DNA from: Mustelus asterias
Taxonomy: Eukaryota
Length of the DNA stretch: 64,000 nt
Direction of reading: 5' to 3'
NCBI RefSeq assembly: GCF_964213995.1
Contig: NC_135808.1
Span: 90,334,001 to 90,398,000, forward strand
In this document: positions 11,301 through 23,610 of the stretch, in pieces
How positions within the stretch are numbered: the stretch's first letter is position 1
How the letters are laid out: every line of letters starts with the position of its first letter
Notes under the pieces: model-generated
Seen by the model: only the letters and a program-made list of their open reading frames with translations
What the model was told of the DNA's origin: nothing
Databases searched by the model: none
Translations under genes and position numbers: made by a program

Positions 11301-14041
11301 TGGACTTGGTTTCAAGATCTTTTGATTCAAAACCCAATGCTACCGCTGAACCTTGGCTAATACCTATAAACTTCATTAGAAGTTATTAAGTCAGGTGCAT
11401 ACAGTTGTTGATGATTAATTGTGATGGAGTTAATACAAAATTTGTTTAAAAATCTGCGATCAGTCATCAGGAAATGTCAGTACAGAATGTATATTTTGTG
11501 TGGTGTGCTTGATTGTGGGACTTTAATATGTAGATAATCATCCTCTTCATATTTTGATTATAACAGGAGCTGGAGATTGTAATAGGAGATGAACATATTT
11601 CATTTACAACATCTAAGATTGGGTCTCTAATTGATGTAAATCAATCCAAGTAAGTGTTACTTTGGTAAGAGTGGAAAAGCTACAAAAATAAATCAGTGGA
11701 GAACAATATATTGCCCTAATGATTTGTTTTTTGTAAGTTTTGTGTTAATAACCAAATACTTATAAAAGTAAATTGTGTATACCTCTGATCAGCCAGAGTG
11801 ACAATTGAACTGTTGCAATTGGTGTCTTCCCAAAATGAGTCATTGTTTTTGAGTGGAAAGGAGTCCTACCCCATTAGGAGAAAAGATCGTGTTGTTAAGA
11901 TTTAAAATACAATTCTTTAATTCGTCATAGGCTGTGGAAAAGTCAACATTTATTACCTAATTCTGAATCTAAAGCTTTGGTATAACTGAATGGCCTGTTA
12001 GGTTATCTCAGAGGGCAGTTATGTCAATCACAATGTTGTTGATCACATATAAACCAGAGTGAGTAAGTACAGCAAGTTTCATTGCTCAAAGGCCATGACT
12101 ATACCAGGTTAGTTTTTAATGACAATCCAGGAGTTAAGTGGTCACCGGTTCTCTGCTTTAAATGCCACTTGCCATTTGCTTCTGATTTATTAGCTGAATT
12201 TAATTTCCCCAACTGAAAATTTTAATTATGGTTCCAGAGCATTAGTCCAGGCCTCTGGATTGTGAGTTCAGTAACGTAACCATTTACGCTACCATATTTT
12301 TGTGCAGGGAATCCCAATGGTTACAGATCAGAAGAGGGCCATTCAAACTGTCATGTCTGTGCAACCTCCGTGAAGGAGCAATTCACTCTGTGCCGATCCT
12401 TTGCCTTCTCCCTGGAGCCCTGCACATTCTTCATAATCCAATTTCCACTTGAATACCTCATTGAGCCTTCTTCTGCCACACTCACAGGCAGTGCATTCCG
12501 GATCCTAACTACTTGCTGTGTGAAAAAGCTTTCCCTCAATGCCTCCATTGCTTCTTTTGCTGATTAGCTTAAATCCGTACCTTCTGGTTCTCAATCCTTC
12601 CACCAATGGAAACAGCTTCTCCTAATCTACTCTGTCCAGATTCCTGAATACCTCTATTAAATCTCCTCTCCACCTTTTCTTCTCCAAGGAAGCAGTCGCA
12701 ACTCCTTCAGTCTAGCTACTTAACTGAAGCTTCTCATCCCTAGAACCATTCTTGTTCTGCACCCTCTCTAATGTCTTCATATCCTTCATGTCAAAGTGTG
12801 ATCCCAGAACGAGATGCAATACTCCAATTGAGGCTGAACCAATATTTTATACTGGTGTAACGTAACTCCCTTGCTTTTGTATCCTATGCTTTTATTTAAA
12901 AAGCCCAGGATGCTGTATGCTTTAACTGCTATCTCAAGCTGCGCCTCCACCTTCAATGATTTATGAACATTTGCACCCTGGTCCCTCTGCCCCCGCATCC
13001 CCTTTAGAATTGTATTTATATTGGTCCGTAACTTCCTGACTCCCCAGTGTCAGGGGGTACCCCAAAGATGCATTGGAAGTTCCAAGGTAAGGGCTTATGC
13101 GAAAATTGTCCAGAAGTGCTAACTTCCCCTGGACAATTGCACTGTGCTGGGAACCATCTGACAGTGATTTAAATCACTAACTTTGGATCCTTCTGCCAGT
13201 GTTACACCAATGGTTACTCTGAAAGAGTTAGAAATAAAACCACTTCTAACATCAATGTAACAATTTCAAATAAGCTGCATGGGATTACACCCCGACACGG
13301 CTGGACCTCCCCACCTGATGTCCAACCCTCTACCCCCCCCAAATCCCTTACTTTAGTCACTTACTGTTTCCCCGGCCTGTTATTTTCAGTATGACCTTTA
13401 AACTCACCTGCTTTACGGCAGCTGATGCATTTGAAAAGGGAGTGTACTCTACTGCAATTCCTTTGGACTCAGATGCTGGACCCAGGGACCCACTATGCTG
13501 CCTGAATCTCTCCCAACCTGAGTCAGGAAGGTCAGGTGATTTGGGCACTGAGGAAGTTTGGTGCAGGTAAGGGGGTATGGAGAGGCAATCCAACGCCGGT
13601 TGCCACTCAAAGGAAATTATGGATTGTCTCTCTGTTATTTCCACGAAAATGATTCACTTCAAACTTTTCTGCATTAAATTTCATTTGCATTTGTCTGCCT
13701 ATTCCACCAAGCGTCTATGTCCTTTTGGAGTTCAGCACTATCCTGCTCACAGCTCGCAATACTTCCAAGAGAATGCTGTGTCAATCCTGCTAACACTCAC
13801 ATGCAAAACGAGCACTCCACCATTCTAATGGGAGCTAATTCCCCAGCTCTATAAATAGAAATTTGGCTGATTTTTTTTTCAAACTATTGTAATTTTAACT
13901 GCTGTGCCTTTTCTAAATGGGAAAAAAATGTTTACATCTAGGGATCCAGAGGGTCTGCGAGTATTCTACTACCTTGTCCAGGACTTGAAATGTCTAGTTT
14001 TCAGTCTCATTGGACTGCACTTCAAGATCAAGCCTATCTAA
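2262..14041 (+). CDS. MAGOH: Protein mago nashi homolog (exon junction complex core), 5 coding exons, 146 aa
   Basis: join(2262..2349,9107..9165,9368..9478,11567..11649,13942..14041) = 441 nt; [30 protein letters not shown]...LHFKIKPI*; all introns GT-AG. Confidence 0.98.
2941..3248 (+). mobile_element. V-domain (HE1-like) SINE, CR1-type tail
   Basis: tRNA head, V domain GTGTCTGCATGGGTTTCC, tail GATTCTGTGATTCT. Confidence 0.85.
3317..4500 (-). mobile_element. Old CR1 LINE fragment
   Basis: [11 protein letters not shown] remnant; CR1 3' end near 3320. Confidence 0.7.
4577..4905 (+). mobile_element. tRNA-derived SINE (family B)
   Basis: B box GGTTCGAATCCC; other copies at ~48528-48910(+) and ~11940-12295(-). 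Confidence 0.75.
4954..5520 (+). mobile_element. CR1 LINE 3' fragment (same family as 249..1790, inverted)
   Basis: Near-identical reverse complement of ~256-815. Confidence 0.92.
6139..6421 (+). mobile_element. V-domain SINE, alternative tail
   Basis: Same head and V domain; tail CAGTGTACCCGAACAGG...AATAAATAAA. Confidence 0.88.
7418..7717 (+). mobile_element. V-domain SINE, CR1-type tail
   Basis: Ends GAATGGCCTCCTTCTGCACTGTAGGGATTCTATG. Confidence 0.88.
9107..9165 (+). CDS. MAGOH: MAGOH exon 2
   Basis: (G)[19 protein letters not shown]; acceptor gacag, donor gtaagc. Confidence 0.97.
9368..9478 (+). CDS. MAGOH: MAGOH exon 3
   Basis: [37 protein letters not shown]; tag/gtcagt. Confidence 0.97.
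10465..10815 (+). mobile_element. Deu-domain-like SINE (SacSINE1-like)
   Basis: GGTTCAAG head, GTGCAGTACTGAG.GAGTGCTGCACTGTC; similar copies at ~46125-46495, ~52100-52500, ~11100-11360(-). Confidence 0.55.
11567..11649 (+). CDS. MAGOH: MAGOH exon 4
   Basis: [27 protein letters not shown](K); cag/gtaagt. Confidence 0.97.
12320..13020 (-). mobile_element. Old CR1 fragment
   Basis: LVQPQLEYC and [11 protein letters not shown] remnants. Confidence 0.7.
13942..14041 (+). CDS. MAGOH: MAGOH exon 5 (coding part)
   Basis: [35 protein letters not shown]; candidate polyA signal AATAAA at 14241. Confidence 0.97.
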
Positions 14042-15286
14042 GAGTTTGGTGTTCGCACAAGGATAATGGATTTGGGATGGACTGGAGTGGGAAGAGAGGG
14101 GAGGGTTTGAGTTGATTTGGACTCTGTATGTGTTACAGCAACTAACTTTGTCTCGTGGATTGTGGATTTCGTAATTTTTGTATGTGAATATATGGCAATT
14201 TCATCTTGCTCACAATATTTGATTTCCTTTTTTATATTAAAATAAATTTCATTGGATAAATTTGTGTGGTTTATTTGCTGGAATTTCTTTATTAAAAAAT
14301 TAACAAAAAATATATGGATGGTCTTGCTGTTTCCTAATGTATTTGTATTACTAAATATTCTTTCAGTTATAAATTTAAACAAAAAGTGCAGTCCTCGTGA
14401 GACATAGAAAACAAACCTACATTCACTGTCCTGAGGTTTAAATATTTTGCAATATCCAGAAATCAAATTACTGCTTACTGGCATTTAAAAGTTCCTACTA
14501 ACCAGGTAAGAAACCAGTAAGAAGCCATATTAAAACTTTGCTGATATCATTTTAACAACAGGCAATAAATTTGAAGGCTTATTATTTCACAAACAGCTGG
14601 TTCCAGCTATTCATTATGAATAACTTATACCTCTTGGATTCTCTGTTCTCTTGCTACGTCTTCAGTATAGAAGCTGCTTTCCTGTGATGGCAGTGGAATG
14701 AATCATGGGCCACTATTTAACATTGCCTCCTTCTCGCATACACAGGGATGTGGAATAGCTGAAGTTGGTTTAGGCCTGGAGGAAATATGAAAGAAAATAG
14801 AATCATATTCTTGTGTCATAAAGGGAAGGTAGATACATGGTGTTAAATCTGTGAAGAAAAACCAACTCCAGTATTCAGGAGATTGGTGTATATCCCTGTT
14901 TAGTGGGCTAATGATTTTGAGCAGCATTTTACTTTTCAGAAACATATCCTCTCAGTTCAAAATCTCATCTTTTTGACAGCTTACAGAAGAAAGTATTGCT
15001 ACATTTATTTTCTAGATATTTGGCTTCATTGGAGACATTTCTATTTTCTGAGGAAGTGCTGAAAGTATCTAATCTCAAAGGGATATGTGGTAAGAGGCAG
15101 GGTTTATAACAAGAAACCTATTTCAAGGTTAGCTGATTTTAACCATATGCTGGCTGAGACAGAATAACTTTCTTCTGAGCTCCTCGGCTATGATTTGAAG
15201 AAATAGCCAGAGATTTTGTCCCTTGGATCTCCTGGCAGTCATTACCTTGTTTCCATTAGAAAATGGCACTTGGGTACAATAAGAGA

Positions 15287-15550
15287 CTGTCTTGTCTGGA
15301 GACAATACACATCTTTTTAGCCTGTCTTGATGCTCTCTACATTCACATTGTATCTTAAAGACTTGATTAGCTGTAAGTATTCGCATTCCAACCATTATTC
15401 GTGTAAATTGAGTCTGTGTCTTTATATGCCCTGTTTGTGAACAGAATTCCCACTCACCTGAAGAAGGGGCTTGGAGCTCCGAAAGCTTGCATGGCTTTTG
15501 CTGCCAAATAAACCTGTTGGACTTTAACCTGGTGTTGTTAAACTTCTTAC
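15287..15550 (+). mobile_element. Penelope-like 3'UTR/pLTR fragment
   Basis: Homologous to the 3' end of the 15657 element; TSD TACAATAAGAGA at 15275-15286 and 15551-15562. Confidence 0.85.
15455..15492 (+). ncRNA. Minimal hammerhead-like motif (stem I degenerate)
   Basis: CAC-CUGAAGA-A-GGGGCU(UGG)AGCUCC-GAA-AGCU-U. Confidence 0.6.
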
Positions 15551-15656
15551 TACAATAAGAGAGCCAGTAGTACCCAAGGAACGTAACGCCAATATAAATC
15601 AGACACCTTGGTAAAGAACACGGTGGCATAGTGGTTAGCACTGCTGCCTCACAGCA

Positions 15657-17555
15657 AGCAGTCTCACAACACCAGGTTAAAGTCCAACAGGTTTATTTGG
15701 TAGCAAATACCATAAGCTTTCGGAGCAATGCTCCTTCGTCAGATGGAGTGGTCTCTGTTCTCAAACAGGGCACAGACACAGAAATCAAATTACAGAATAC
15801 TGATTAGAATGCAAATCTCTACAGCCAGCCAGGTCTTAAATGCACAGACAATGTGGGTGGAGGGAGCATTCAACACAGGTTAAAGAGATGTGTATTGTCT
15901 CCAGACAGTACAGCTTGTGAAATTGTGCAAGTCCAGGAGTCAAGCTGTGGGGGTTACTGATAATGTGACATAAATCCAACATCCCGGTTTAGACCGTCCT
16001 CATGTGTGCGAAACTTGGCTATCAGTTTCTGCTCAGTGACTCTGCGCTGTCGTGTGTCGTGAAGGCCGCCTTGGAGAACGCTTACCTGAAGATCCAAGGC
16101 TGAATGCCCGTGACTGCTGAAGTGCTCCCCCACAGGAAGAGAACAGTCTTGCCTGGTGATTGTCGAGCGGTGTTCATTCATCCGTTGTCGTAGCGTCTGC
16201 ATGGTTTCCCCAATGTACCATGCCTCGGGACATCCTTTCTTGCAGCGTATCAGGTAGACAACGTTGGCCAAGTTGCAAGAGTAGGTACCATGTACCTGGT
16301 AGATGGTGTTCTCACGTGAGATGGCATCCGTGTTGATGATCCGGCACGTCTTGCAGAGGTTGCTGTGGCAGGGTTGTGTGGTGTCGTGGTCACTGTTCTC
16401 CTGAAGGCTGGGTAGTTTGCTGCAGACAATGGTCTGTTTGAGGTTGCGTGGTTGTTTGAAGGCAAGAAGTGGGGGTGTGGGGATGGCCTTGGCGAGATGT
16501 TCGTCTTCATCAATGACATGTTGAAGGCTCCGGAGGAGATGCCATAGCTTCTCCGCTCCGGGGAAGTACTGGACGACGAAGGGTACTCTGTCCACCGTGT
16601 CCCGTGTTTGTCTTCTGAGGAGGTCGGTGCGGTTTTTCGCTGTGGCACGTCGGAACTGTTGATCGATGAGTTGAGCGCCATATCCTGTTCTTATGAGGGC
16701 ATCTTTCAGCATCTGGAGGTGTCTGTTGCGATCCTCCTCATCCGAGCAGATCCTGTGTATTCGGAGGGCTTGTCCGTAGGGGATGGCTTCTTTTACGTGT
16801 TTAGGGTGGAAGCTGGAGAATTGGAGCATCATGAGGTTATCCGTGGGCTTGTGGTACAGTGAGGTGCTGAGGTGACCGTCCTTAATGGAGATGCGTGTGT
16901 CCAAGAATGCAACCGATTCCGGAGAGTAGTCCATGGTGAGTCTGATGGTGGGATGGAACTTGTTGATGTCATCATATAGTTGTTTCAGTGATTGCTCACC
17001 ATGACTCCAAAGGAAGAAAATGTCATCGATGTATCTAGTGTATAGCATCGGTTGAAGGTCCTGTGCGGTGAAGAAGTCTTGTTCGAACCTGTGCATGAAG
17101 ATGTTGGCATATTGAGGTGCGAATTTTGTCCCCATGGCTGTTCCGTGTGTCTGGATGAAGAACTGGTTGTTGAAGGTGAAGATATTGTGATCCAGGATGA
17201 AGCGGATGAGTTGTAAAATTGCATCTGGAAACTGGCAGTTGACGGCATTGAGTACTGAGGCCGTTGCAGCAATGCCATCATCGTGGGGGATGCTGGTGTA
17301 GAGTGCCGAGACGTCCATTGTGACGAGGAGTGCTCCTGGTTCAACTGCTCCATGTGTGTTGAGTTTCTGTAGGAAGTCCGTAGTGTCGCGACAAAAGCTG
17401 GGGGTTCTTTGTACAATGGGTTTCAAGATGCCCTCGACATAGCCGGAGAGGTTCTCGCACAGGGTTCCGTTTCCTGAAACGATGGGACGGCCGGGTGTGT
17501 TTGCCTTGTGTATTTTTGGGAGGCAGTAGAGATCTCCAACGCGTGGAGTACGTGG
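15657..17555 (-). mobile_element. 5'-truncated Penelope-like retroelement (Neptune-type: RT + Cys linker + GIY-YIG), inserted in a V-SINE
   Basis: Open frame 15954..~17553 with MDVSALYTSIP, GTAMG, RYIDD, PCHSNLCKTC, VVYLIRC..WYIGET; TSD TGCCTCACAGCA at 15645-15656 and 17556-17567. Confidence 0.93.
15710..15746 (-). ncRNA. Minimal type I hammerhead ribozyme in Penelope pLTR
   Basis: CCAU-CUGACGA-A-GGAGC(AUU)GCUCC-GAA-AGCU-U-AUGG on minus strand. Confidence 0.8.
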
Positions 17556-19491
17556 TGCCTCACAGCACCAGGGACTTGAGTTTGATTCCTGGCTTGGGTC
17601 TCTGCAGAGTCCGAACGTTCTCCCCATGTCTGCATGGGTTTCCTCCGGGTGCTCCAGTTTCCTCCCACAGTCCAAAAAATGTGCAGGTTAGGTGCATGCT
17701 AAATGTGCAAGTTAGGCCATACTAAATTCTCCCCTAGTGTTCCCAAACAGGCGGCAGAGTGTGGTGATGAGGGGATTTTCACAGTAACTTCATTGCAGTG
17801 TTAATGCAAGTTTACTTGTGACACTAATAAATAAACTTAAAAGAAGACAAAATACATGAGCACACGAGTAAAGAAGTTCTTGCTCCTTACGTTAGTCATC
17901 AGTCTGTCTCGGGAAACAATGGATGTGTCCAGTGTGTATGTCACTTCTGTATTGAGCATTGTCTATTATGGCTGTAGAGGTTCATTTGTGATGACTCCCT
18001 TCCGCAGCTGGCACATGAATAGCATTGGCCCTTGGTTAGTTGATGTTTTTTTCCTTCCGACAGGCTCTCTTTTCTACTAGATGGGCATTTCTTTTGCCTT
18101 CTGCTTTTTCTATGCCTTGCTGACTACTTGTCTCCAGTCTAGCCAGCAGCATAGGCTCCCCGTGCAACGATTCTGATCCCGATCAAAGTCTCACTTACAG
18201 ATATCCTTCTGTCACATACATGAGTGACCTGTTAATCTTGGGCTGATAGCAAGCTCACCATAGAGAATGTTTTTGTGGCTGTGGCCATCACTCATTTGGC
18301 TCACAACCTGGCGAACAGAGTCGCTGCGGACTCGAGGGCAAACATGCATGTTGGTGTAATTCCTCATTCAACATTCTGTCTTGCCAGGAAATGCTCAATA
18401 TTCATCTGAGGCAGCAGAAGTGGAAGCTGTTGTCACTTTTCTTAGCTTAAATAAGTTGTTTGTGCCTCGCCACTATAAAGGTGCTGAAACATGCAAGCCT
18501 GGTACACACAACTTTGTATTTTTCATTTTGTTTGCTGTTGGTCCACATTCAGCTTTTCAACTCTGATATGATAGCCTTCAGCCTTGGTCATGCTGAAGCT
18601 AATCAAGGGGCTGTTGATAATAATTGTTGATCTAAGGTATATGAAGCTGTCAGCGACCTCCAGAGTGGGATGTTCAATGTTGATAGAGTTATTTACATCC
18701 TGGCCTGTAACTTAGACAGTTATGCTCCTTATCCAGACACAATGTTTAGTTATTCTTCTTATCAGAGCTTTAACTTTCTCATGCCATGGCCTCATGTGCC
18801 TTTTCTTCAGTTTTTCTACTTTGCAGTGGTTTTGCATACCATTTTTCTTTTAACTCTCTTGCCAAATTGCTTCTCTGTTTCATCATGTGCTTTACTGATA
18901 TTCTGTCCCCGTTTTTCCATCATATCTAATATTTCATCAGCCAGTCATTCTTGATGTTTCAGCCTCTCTCTTCAGTTACTCCATGTTTCATACTCTGTTT
19001 CTTCCTCATCCATGCCTTTGTTATTTCTTCCTCAATAAGATCTTTATCTGTCACTTCCTGATGTAAAGCTTCAGAAGTGTTAGCACTCGCAACAGCATTC
19101 TATTTCTCTTTGAAAAAGAAAGTTGTTACAGTCAAGTCCAGAGGAATGAACCAATTACTCTCTTTTCCACCCTAGGTTGGCTATAACAGAGTTTGAATTT
19201 TTTTAGTCTACTTGAGTGGGTGTGAAGTTATATGAAGAAATAGGTCAGCCGCATCTTGAGTTAACAAGTAAGATATTATTGTTGAAAACTCACTTGGGTA
19301 AAAATATAAGACTTATTAAAAACATGTCCTAAATCCCATGACACACACTAGCATGCAAAACGGAACAAGTGACAGGGTGGAGGAGCGGGAACTGATAAGA
19401 GTTAAACTCCATAAGGAAAAAACAACGTTCTGACCTTCCTTTGGTAGTCTTGTGGGTTTGCCGCTAATGTAGGTTGGTTATTTTTCTGGAG

Positions 19492-19513
19492 TAACGCCGG
19501 CATCTCCACATCA
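19492..19513 (+). mobile_element. 22-bp Penelope tail micro-insertion
   Basis: TAACGCCGGCATCTCCACATCA between TATTTTTCTGGAG repeats (19479-19491, 19514-19526). Confidence 0.75.
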
Positions 19514-20829
19514 TATTTTTCTGGAGACAGGTTTTTCTTTTACACTGAAATCTCTTTTTCCAAAGCAAATGTTCAGACACTTGAAGATCCCTTCAATTAA
19601 AATTCTCTATCTCGCTGATGTATTCCAAAATATAACAGAGATAAGATCCAAACTTGAGAATAGCAGGGAGAGAGATGATACATTCTGCAAACTCTTCTGC
19701 TGTAACGAACAAACAAGCTTATAACCATAGTCTTTCACACAAAGGGTTTTGACCATGTCACAGCACACAATGGAGGGAAATCCATATTAACAAAGGAGTT
19801 TCGATCTCCCAAAGCTATCCATATGCCACAGAAACAGAAAGGGGGTCCCTGGCACCTTTCTAGCATAATGAGTTTTGGCAGCCCTTTGTTCCTGGCAGTT
19901 TCTGGAATCATGAAGTCCAGTGGCCTTTTGTCCCTATGTTTTTCAGACAATGGCAAGTGTGATGTCCATCAAGCAAACTGCCTAAACATGTCCCCTAGTA
20001 ATCTTCTTTCAGAGGCTGCTAGAAACTTCGCCAACTTGTCGCTCAGGTGACATCCGCAGTTATTTTAAAACAGTATCTTTGCAGTTCTGGGTGTTTCTTT
20101 TTCTTTATTTAAAAGCAATACCAGTTGATGAAACTAACAATGGTTCACATTGCACACAACACATTGTTGTGAAAAAGTCTAGAGAAATGATGAGTGAAGT
20201 ACCTCATTCAACTACACTTGAGAGTGATGAAGATGGAAGTGAATTGGTACCATCAGGGAGGAGAATGACCAGACATAATTGAGGCTAAAGTCAGTGTAGC
20301 AATCAAAAGGTTAGGTGGATTGGCCGTGATCAATTGCCTCTTAGTGTTCAAAGATGTTTAGGTTAGGGGGGATTAATTAGCTGGGTAAATGCGTGGAGTT
20401 AGATGGATAGGGTGGGGGATAGGCCTGGGTCAGATGCTTTGTCGGCGTGTCGGTGCAGACATGATCGGCCAAATGGCCTCCTTCTGCACTGTAGGGATTC
20501 TATGAGAACGTTGAAAGCAAGAAAAGCACCGAGAATCAATGAGAATTCCTGAAAGCTCTGAATGTTAACAGTGCAATACTAACAGACCGCTGCAACACAA
20601 TTTACAGAACAGTATGCCTACCCAACAATTGTAGGCAGTTAGCGTTCATTAAGAAACCAAAGGCACCAGAGTCTTCAGAGCACAGGACATGATGAAATAT
20701 TCCAAAATCATTTCGGAATGAAATGACCAGTCTGTAGAAACAGATACAGTAGATGATAAGCCAGTCAGGATTCAAAGCATAGAAAAGAACAAGTGTGCCA
20801 CTTAGACAAAGCAGAGAAAATGAAGCTGC

Positions 20830-21825
20830 ATTGCACCATAGGCAAAGGTGGAATGCTATTGTGGGGGCCCGTGTCATTATACCACCTTAGGGGTGGCAGC
20901 TCTGCTCCAAGAGTTACATGATGCCCATCTTGGCCAGAGCAGAAAGAACATGTTGGCCAGAAGCTATGTCTGGTAGCCTGGCATTCAAAGAGAAATTGAA
21001 TGAATGGTTGGGCAGTTATCAGACCCAGCAAACATCACTGCCACCAGTGAAGATACACCCCTGGGAGTGGCTTCTTGTAGATTTTGCTGGGAGTGGCTTC
21101 TTGTAGATTTTGCTGGGCCTTTTTTGGGGCAGATGTTTATAATCCTAGTAGGTGCCCATTCCAAGTGGTGGGACGTTCATGTGATCCACCACAGCTACAT
21201 CTGTTATTGAAAAACGGAGTCAGATCTTCACAATCCATAGTCTTCCCAATGTGTTGGCATCAGACAATGGAACGGCATTCGTGGCTGATGAATTTCAGAC
21301 TTTTGTCAAGTCTAATGGCATTCATCATGTTAGATCAGTCCCCTACTATCCTGTCTTAAATGGGTTGGTGGAGTGAGATGTACAGACATTTAAGGCTTCC
21401 GTGAAGAAGCAGGCTCGTAGGCCGTTGTCATTGCGATTGGTAAGATTTTTGCTATCCTACACTACGCCACTAGGGTCACGTCTGCAGAATTGCTAATGGG
21501 ACGGTGCCTGCCTACCTGTTTGAACTTAGTCTTCCCAAATTCGTTGGGGGGGGGGGGGGGGTGGGGGTGGAGGCTGGGCAAGCCTCTCGGAAAGATTAAC
21601 ATGACTCTCAGAAAGGGGACAGATCGTTTAAAGTTGATGACCTTGTTTTGGCAAGGAAATTTGGTGGCAACCTGCCTGGGTACCAGGAGGAGTTGTAGAG
21701 AAGACGGGGCTGGTCTTGTGGTGGAGACACAGGGTTGTCTAGTAAAGAAGCACTCAGTTTAGTGTTGGAGCTTGTAAATAAAGGAATTTTGGTGAAGGGG
21801 CTTCCACCTCCAAGGACTTATTACA
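20830..21825 (+). mobile_element. Degenerate Gypsy integrase/LTR fragment
   Basis: HPWEW, VDFAGPFLGQMFIILVGAHSKW, SDNGT remnants. Confidence 0.75.
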
Positions 21826-22644
21826 GTTTGTTACTTGTCACATCAAGTGGCCTCGAGTTACTACAGTGAGTAAACTAGCCCAGGAGAAAAGATTCAGGTG
21901 AGTAGCGGCAATCAGTAGCTCTGAGGAGCTGGGGGCACAGGAAAAGCCTGGATGCGTTGTCAGCTCTGTGAAGTTGAAGAGATATCTGCTCAGAGGAGCT
22001 GGAGCATGGGAGGAATCCTGTGAGGAGCAGTTGCCAGCTCAGTGAAGCTGGGAGTTGGAGAGACGCAAAGCAAATGGACAGTAGTTGCCTGCTCAGTGCT
22101 GCCAGGGATCTGGGATTGTAAAAGCCAGTAGGACGCAATATCAGAAGAGATTGAGGAGCTGGAATGTCAGTCATCGCAGCTGTCCTGGTGCTTGATAAAT
22201 CATTGCAGGCAGAAGCAAGAGGACTGCCAGGCTGAGTTACTGGAGCTGCTGTTGAAGGGAAATAGAATCCTCCAAAGAAAGGAGCTGAAATCCCTCAAGA
22301 AGAAGGCAGAGTTTGAAGATTCGTTATAACTCAGTGACTACTGACATCTGGGTGGGCTGCTGGAAAAATTTGTGGGATCTGTTGTGGTCCTGTCTGCTAT
22401 TTAAGTGCATGTTTCATATATATTTGATCACAGTTTGCTGGTTAATTTACGTTAAATGCATTAATTCCAATTGTTAGTTTATAGGACAGATAGGATTGAC
22501 TGTTTTATTTACTCTTGTATTTTAAAAAATCTTGTTTGTTTTAAAACCATGGAATCTAGTGGTTCTATTCTCTTGCTAAATATCTGGGATTTCACATCTC
22601 ATCTCCTTGTTAAAAAGGTTGCTGGCCTATAACCAGATCATAGC

Positions 22645-23610
22645 ATATGAAAACAAGGAGTGAGGAACATGGATTAAGAATGAATGTGAATAAGGCCGAG
22701 ACAATGGTGATAAGCAGAGACATTACCAAGGAAGTGAAAATTAAGTAAATAGACAAATCCTGGAATGAATGAAAAGATTCACATACCTTAGGCAGGTTAT
22801 CACAGACGATGGGAGATGTGATCATGAGATCTGAAAACGAACTGAGATAGCCAAGGCCAGCTTTATCAGAATGAAGAATGTGTTAACACAAAAGAAACTG
22901 AATCTGAATCTCAGGAAAAGAATGCTGAGGTGCTGTATTTTGTCATCTATGTTATGTACCTCAGAGACATGGATAACAAACAAAGAGACTATTCATAGAA
23001 TCCCTACAGTATAGAAGGAGGCCGTTCAGCCCATCAAGTCTGCTTCAACAATAATCCCACCCAGGCCCTATCCCCACGTATTTAGCCTGCTAGCCCCCTG
23101 ACACTAAGGAGCAATTTAGCATGGATTAGTCAAACCCACACATCTTTAAACAGTGGGAAGAAATCGGGGCACCCAGAAGAAACCCATGCAGACACGAGGA
23201 GAACGTGCAAGCTCCACGCAGACAGTGACCCAAGGCCAGAATTGAATCCGGGTCTCCGGTGCTGCGAGGCAGCAGTGCTAACCACTGTGCTACCACGCTG
23301 AATGCATTTGACATGTGGACATATCGGAGGAAGTTCCGCATATCCTATGCAGCCAGAAAGACTGATGAGGCAGTGCTGAAATGGATGGAAAAAAGAGGAA
23401 ATTAGTGCAGAACATCAAAGAGAATGATATAGTACTTGGGTCATATCACTTGAGCAGGCGATAGAGACAGTTATTGGAGGAGAAGATCGACAGAAAACAT
23501 AGGGGAAGCAGAGGAGAAAACGATTGCAGGTGACTTATGTGGAATGTGTTTGGGCAGCACAGGACATTCAGAGGTGGATGTCCACAGCAGTCAATCTTCT
23601 GGGAAGAAGA
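22645..23610 (+). mobile_element. Old RTE-like LINE fragment interrupted by a V-SINE
   Basis: FTYLG...RTEIAKASF.RMKNVLT..KLNLNLRKRMLRC...SETW; related remnant at ~20500-20810. Confidence 0.6.
22995..23297 (-). mobile_element. V-domain SINE
   Basis: Reverse complement of the family consensus. Confidence 0.85.

Larger units (their letters stand above)
15620..17840 (+). mobile_element. V-domain SINE split by the Penelope insertion (15620-15656 + 17556-17840)
   Basis: Head and body rejoin across the TSD. Confidence 0.85.

Noticed and set aside
14038-14484. 148-aa antisense ORF over the MAGOH 3'UTR
   Set aside because: AT-rich with no recognisable domain; likely chance.
17556-17675. N-terminal ~40 aa of the 573-aa ORF
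   Set aside because: Antisense V-SINE sequence fused in frame by chance to the truncated Penelope ORF; not a real start.
21061-21117. 26-bp tandem duplication
   Set aside because: Local duplication in a dead integrase fragment; no Penelope tail or function evident.
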